NCBI GenBank assembly: GCA_965221165.1
Contig: CBDCRP010000002.1
Span: 128,001-192,000 of the forward strand
DNA: 64,000 bases
Direction of reading: 5' to 3'
Source of the DNA: a bacterium
Lineage (GTDB): Bacteria; UBA8248
Shown here: positions 60,625-64,000 of the stretch, one piece after another
Layout of the letters: every line of letters starts with the position of its first letter
How positions within the stretch are numbered: position 1 is the first letter of the stretch
Program-made: the position numbers and the translations under genes
The notes under the pieces: model-generated
What the model saw: the letters and a program-made list of their open reading frames with translations, nothing else
Database searches by the model: none
Told to the model about the DNA's origin: nothing

Positions 60625-60862
60625 TGTAGGGGACGCATATATGCGTCCCTGCTTTTTCGCCGCCACGATATGGGTCGCATGTATGCGACCCCTACAAACC
60701 CCCCGTGGTTGTCTTTCGCCAGGGCGGGCGCAATAAAACGGGCGGACACGGGGGTCCGCCCCTACAATCCCCGAATCGAAGGATTCCGGCATTTCCCCCC
60801 TCCTCAGCCGGAATTGAGGTCGGAATGACGGGTTTCGGCATCCCTCCCCGCGTGGGGATGTT
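60625..60862. repeat. REP-like palindrome cluster 5
   Basis: GTAGGGGACGCAT-at-ATGCGTCCC, inverted gggtcgcatgtatgcgacccCTAC, gggcggac...gtccgcccCTAC, and an interrupted attccggc...cggaatgac. Confidence 0.85.
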
Positions 60863-60874
60863 ACGATCTCACCA

Positions 60875-61091
60875 TTACAAATACTCCCCCACCTCCACCG
60901 TCCTGCCCAGGCGCGAGTTCGCGTCCGCCGCGTATACGACGGCGAGGTTCTCGCGCGCGGCGCGGCCGTCGACTTCGGGCGTGCGGCTGAAACACGAGAC
61001 GAGCCTCACCTTGCCTCCGCGCAGCGGCGGCGAGCACGCCTGCCCGGCGTCCCAGGCCCATCGAGGCGGCGCGCACGGGTTCTAACGACAT
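60875..61091 (-). pseudogene. Gfo/Idh/MocA oxidoreductase remnant with a large internal deletion
   Basis: N-terminus VRAASMGLGRRAGVLA, a frameshift, then KVRLVSCFSRTPE fused directly to the C-terminal VDGRAARENLAVVYAA...GRTVEVGEYL*. Confidence 0.65.
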
Positions 61092-61211
61092 GTCTTCCCT
61101 GCTTGAAAAATGAAAAATCCCGATGATTGCTGAAATCCGGTAACCACGAGGGCGGCAGGAAACCCGGGGAGCACGCCGTAATTCCCCGGAATTCTTCCCC
61201 TTGGCGTATGG

Positions 61212-61670
61212 CTATATGCTCACCTGGAAGTTCGGCAGGCGGACGCCGTCTTTGTCGCCCGTCGGCGGCGCGCTCAACTCCTCCAGCGTGGTTTCGCGTA
61301 GCGTCTTGTCTATCGCGTTTTCGAGTTTTTTCCATAAAACCCGGCTTCCGCACACCGGGATGTTCGGGCACGGCGAGGAAGGCGGCGTCTCCCCGCAATC
61401 CACGGGCTGAATCGTCTCCCCCACGGCGGAGAGAACGTCGCGCATGTTGATTCGAGAGGGCGGCAGCGCGAGGATGTAGCCGCCTCCCGGCCCCCTCGTG
61501 CTGCTCACCAGAGAGGCCCTGCGCATCTTCACGAACAACTGCTCGAGGTAGTGCTGGCTGATTTCCAGATTGCCGGCTATCTGTGGCAAGGGAACCGGGT
61601 GCGTCTGCGAATGCCTGGCCAGCTCTATCATGGCGAGCACGGCGTATCGTCCCTTGGTCGATATCTTCAT
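61212..61670 (-). CDS. Rrf2 family transcriptional regulator (IscR/CymR-like, three Cys)
   Basis: MKISTKGRYA, YLEQLF, STRGPGGGY, Cys triad in VDC...C...C. Confidence 0.92.
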   Translation of the reverse strand: MKISTKGRYAVLAMIELARHSQTHPVPLPQIAGNLEISQHYLEQLFVKMRRASLVSSTRGPGGGYILALPPSRINMRDVLSAVGETIQPVDCGETPPSSPCPNIPVCGSRVLWKKLENAIDKTLRETTLEELSAPPTGDKDGVRLPNFQVSI

Positions 61671-61708
61671 CGGCGAAATCCTCTCATCGGGTGTTTCGGC
61701 CTCATCCG

Positions 61709-62527
61709 CTAAACGAGCGACCCCTGTCCTTCGGGGGTTCCCGGGGTCTTGGCTCGACTGCGCCCGGCGAGCGCGCAAACCGGACAATCCGGGTCCTGCT
61801 CCACGGGCAAGCCTCCAAAGGCGTTGTTCCAGAAATCGGCCGTCATCAGTCTGTTCGACCAGGCGGGCTCAAGCCTCTCGAGAACCCGGAGCGCATCGGC
61901 GGCCTGCGCCATGCCCACGAAGCCCGCCACGGCGCCTAAAACGCCCGCATCCCCACAGTCGAGGCCACGCGCATTTGCGCCCTCCTCTCCCACCAGGCAG
62001 CGCAGACACGCGCTCTCACCCGGCAGAATCGTCATCACCTGGCCGAAAAAGCGCAAAACGCCCCCCATAATCCACGGCTTGCCCGATAGCGCGCATGCGT
62101 CGTTCAAGGTGAGCTTCGTGGCCAGATTATCGCTTCCATCGAGAATGACGTCATAAGGCGCGATGATCCGGGCGGCGTTCTCGCGCGTGAGCTTCAGTGG
62201 AATCTTATCGACCGCCACTTTGGCGGAGAGCCTGAATATGGAATCTGCGCCCGAGTCCACCTTCAGGCGACCCATATCTTCGGCTCTGTGCAGAATCTGG
62301 CGCGCGAGGTTGTCGAGCGTCACCGTGTCGTGATCCGCCAGGCCGATGCGCCCCACGCCCGACGCCGCAAGGGCGAGTGCTGCGGACGAACCCAGGCCGC
62401 CTGCTCCTACGATGAGGGCGGATGAGGCCGCCGGAGCGTTTTCATCCCCCAAGCGGCCCTTGGATGCGCCTGGGGAGGCCACCGGATTTTTTGGTGAGGA
62501 ACCCACGTGCGCCTTATGAAAATTCAC
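61709..62527 (-). CDS. HesA/MoeB/ThiF family adenylyltransferase
   Basis: GAGGLG, NLARQILH, DGSDN, CLRC, CGDAGVLG, DCPVC. Confidence 0.92.
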   Translation of the reverse strand: MNFHKAHVGSSPKNPVASPGASKGRLGDENAPAASSALIVGAGGLGSSAALALAASGVGRIGLADHDTVTLDNLARQILHRAEDMGRLKVDSGADSIFRLSAKVAVDKIPLKLTRENAARIIAPYDVILDGSDNLATKLTLNDACALSGKPWIMGGVLRFFGQVMTILPGESACLRCLVGEEGANARGLDCGDAGVLGAVAGFVGMAQAADALRVLERLEPAWSNRLMTADFWNNAFGGLPVEQDPDCPVCALAGRSRAKTPGTPEGQGSLV

Positions 62528-63018
62528 GCGCCCGCCTCCTCCAGTATCTCCAGATTGCTCTCGACGAAAATTTTTCCCGCCGCTTCCCAGGAAAACACCT
62601 TTTGGCCGAGAACCACGCCATCGCGAACGCTCATGACGACGTGCTCCGCATCCGGGAACGCGGGAATATCCCCGAAAGGAACCGCCGCATCCACGTCTTC
62701 CTGTGAAAAATAGGCGTCCTCATCCGGGTGGCTGTGAAATATGCCGCGAACCACTTCGCCCGCCTCCTCCGCTTTTTTTACGATGCGCTCGAACTCGAAG
62801 GGATCGATCAAAAAAGCGCGCCGCGCCGTTCGGGGATATATTTCCGGGTCTTTCTCGTGCATCTCGTTTTGCACGTTTCTACAGGGCAGCAGAGCGAGAG
62901 CCTCTTCTTTCTCTCCCACTGCGCGCGGCGGGCCGATAATCAACCCGCAACACTCATCGGGATAAGCCGCGCGCGCATGGCGGTGCATCGCCTCCACCTG
63001 TTCACGATTCAAGCGCAC
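62524..63018 (-). CDS. JAMM/MPN+ (M67, Mec-like) metallopeptidase
   Basis: YPDECCG and FHSHPD...FSQED. Confidence 0.92.
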   Translation of the reverse strand: MRLNREQVEAMHRHARAAYPDECCGLIIGPPRAVGEKEEALALLPCRNVQNEMHEKDPEIYPRTARRAFLIDPFEFERIVKKAEEAGEVVRGIFHSHPDEDAYFSQEDVDAAVPFGDIPAFPDAEHVVMSVRDGVVLGQKVFSWEAAGKIFVESNLEILEEAGA

Positions 63019-63029
63019 ATCAAACCTCC

Positions 63030-63968
63030 CTAGCGCGCCTCGCTCAAGTACCTGTCCCCCCCGTCGGGGAACAGGGTGACGATGACGCCCTTGCCTATCC
63101 GTTTCGCCACCTCACGGACGCCGACGAGCGCGGCGCCTGCGGAGTGACCGATGAAAAGGCCCTCTTCTTTCGCTATTTTCTCGGCCAGGTCGTAGCTCTC
63201 CTCGGTGCTCGCCGGAATCAGGTGATCGTGCACGCTCTCATCGTAAATACCCGGGCGAATGGCCGTGGGTATGTGTTTCATTCCCTCCAGGCCGTGAAAC
63301 GATTCCGAGGGCATGACGGCATGGACCACGACGCCCGGCTTCCTCGCCTTGAGGCCCCGCCCCGTGCCCACCAGCGTGCCCGTCGTGCCGAGACCGGCCA
63401 CGAAATACTCCACGCGCCCCTCGGTCTGCTCCAGAATCTCGACCGCCGTGGTCTCGACGTGGGCGAGCGGGTTGGCCGGGTTGTCGTACTGGCACGGCAG
63501 GAAATATTTTTCCGGCTCATCGCGATACATCTTCGCCGCGAGGCGCTGCGCCCCGTCCGAGCCTTCCAAAGGGTCCGAGAGAACGATATCGGCCCCATAG
63601 CTCTTCAACGTCGCCTTGCGCTCATCGCTCGCATTCGCAGGCAGGACGAGGCGGACGGGAACCCCAAGCGCCGCTCCGATCATGGCGTAGGCGATGCCGG
63701 TGTTCCCGCTCGTGGAATCGAGAAGAATCTTGCCCGGCCGCAACTGCCCCGACTCCAGGCCGTCCTTTACCATGAAGAGCGCCGGCCTGTCCTTGACCGA
63801 GCCGCCCGGGTTGAACCACTCCGCCTTGGCGTACACCTCCACTTCCGGGAACTCGCCCTCGAACAACTTGATTTCGAGCAAGGGGGTGTTGCCGATACAC
63901 TTGATGATTGCGGAATCCTCTAAATTTCTGAATGCGCTTGTGGGATTCTCCACCGTCGATTCGACCAT
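63030..63968 (-). CDS. cysM: cysteine synthase B-like PLP enzyme
   Basis: IGNTPL, NPGGSVKDR, TSGNTG, GLGTTGT, FPDGGDRYLS. Confidence 0.88.
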   Translation of the reverse strand: MVESTVENPTSAFRNLEDSAIIKCIGNTPLLEIKLFEGEFPEVEVYAKAEWFNPGGSVKDRPALFMVKDGLESGQLRPGKILLDSTSGNTGIAYAMIGAALGVPVRLVLPANASDERKATLKSYGADIVLSDPLEGSDGAQRLAAKMYRDEPEKYFLPCQYDNPANPLAHVETTAVEILEQTEGRVEYFVAGLGTTGTLVGTGRGLKARKPGVVVHAVMPSESFHGLEGMKHIPTAIRPGIYDESVHDHLIPASTEESYDLAEKIAKEEGLFIGHSAGAALVGVREVAKRIGKGVIVTLFPDGGDRYLSEAR

Positions 63969-64000
63969 TGATATGGCCCTCGTGCTTGATCCTGAAAGTT

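Overview
Bacterial chromosomal DNA with no phage, CRISPR array, integrase or transposase. It splits into two compositionally different parts. From 1 to ~22.5 kb it is lower in GC (roughly mid-to-high 40s %, by eye) and carries ispH, trxA, ftsK, a repeat-built AsmA-like protein, gltX with tRNA-Gln, a peroxiredoxin and catabolic oxidoreductases. From ~22.5 to 64 kb it is GC-rich (roughly 60%+) and carries TRAP, TAXI, ABC and MFS transporters, LLM, SDR and PLP enzymes, a SucCD/ACL-like CoA ligase, a DNA-repair-type radical SAM protein, tRNA-Glu and a CysM-JAMM-MoeB-Rrf2 sulfur-carrier operon. Main points: (1) a hidden selenoprotein of the AhpD/CMD family (in-frame TGA in a CxxU motif plus a SECIS-like hairpin) that the ORF track splits in two; (2) five clusters of GTAG-REP-like palindromes in which hairpins are nested inside other hairpins; (3) an orphan ATPase plus partner pair resembling MADS mad3-mad4, next to an AT-rich 10-bp-phased array with an IHF consensus site; (4) an abrupt GC switch at the cold-shock gene, possibly a chimeric join; (5) several pseudogenes. 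All calls come from reading motifs by eye; no database searches were run.
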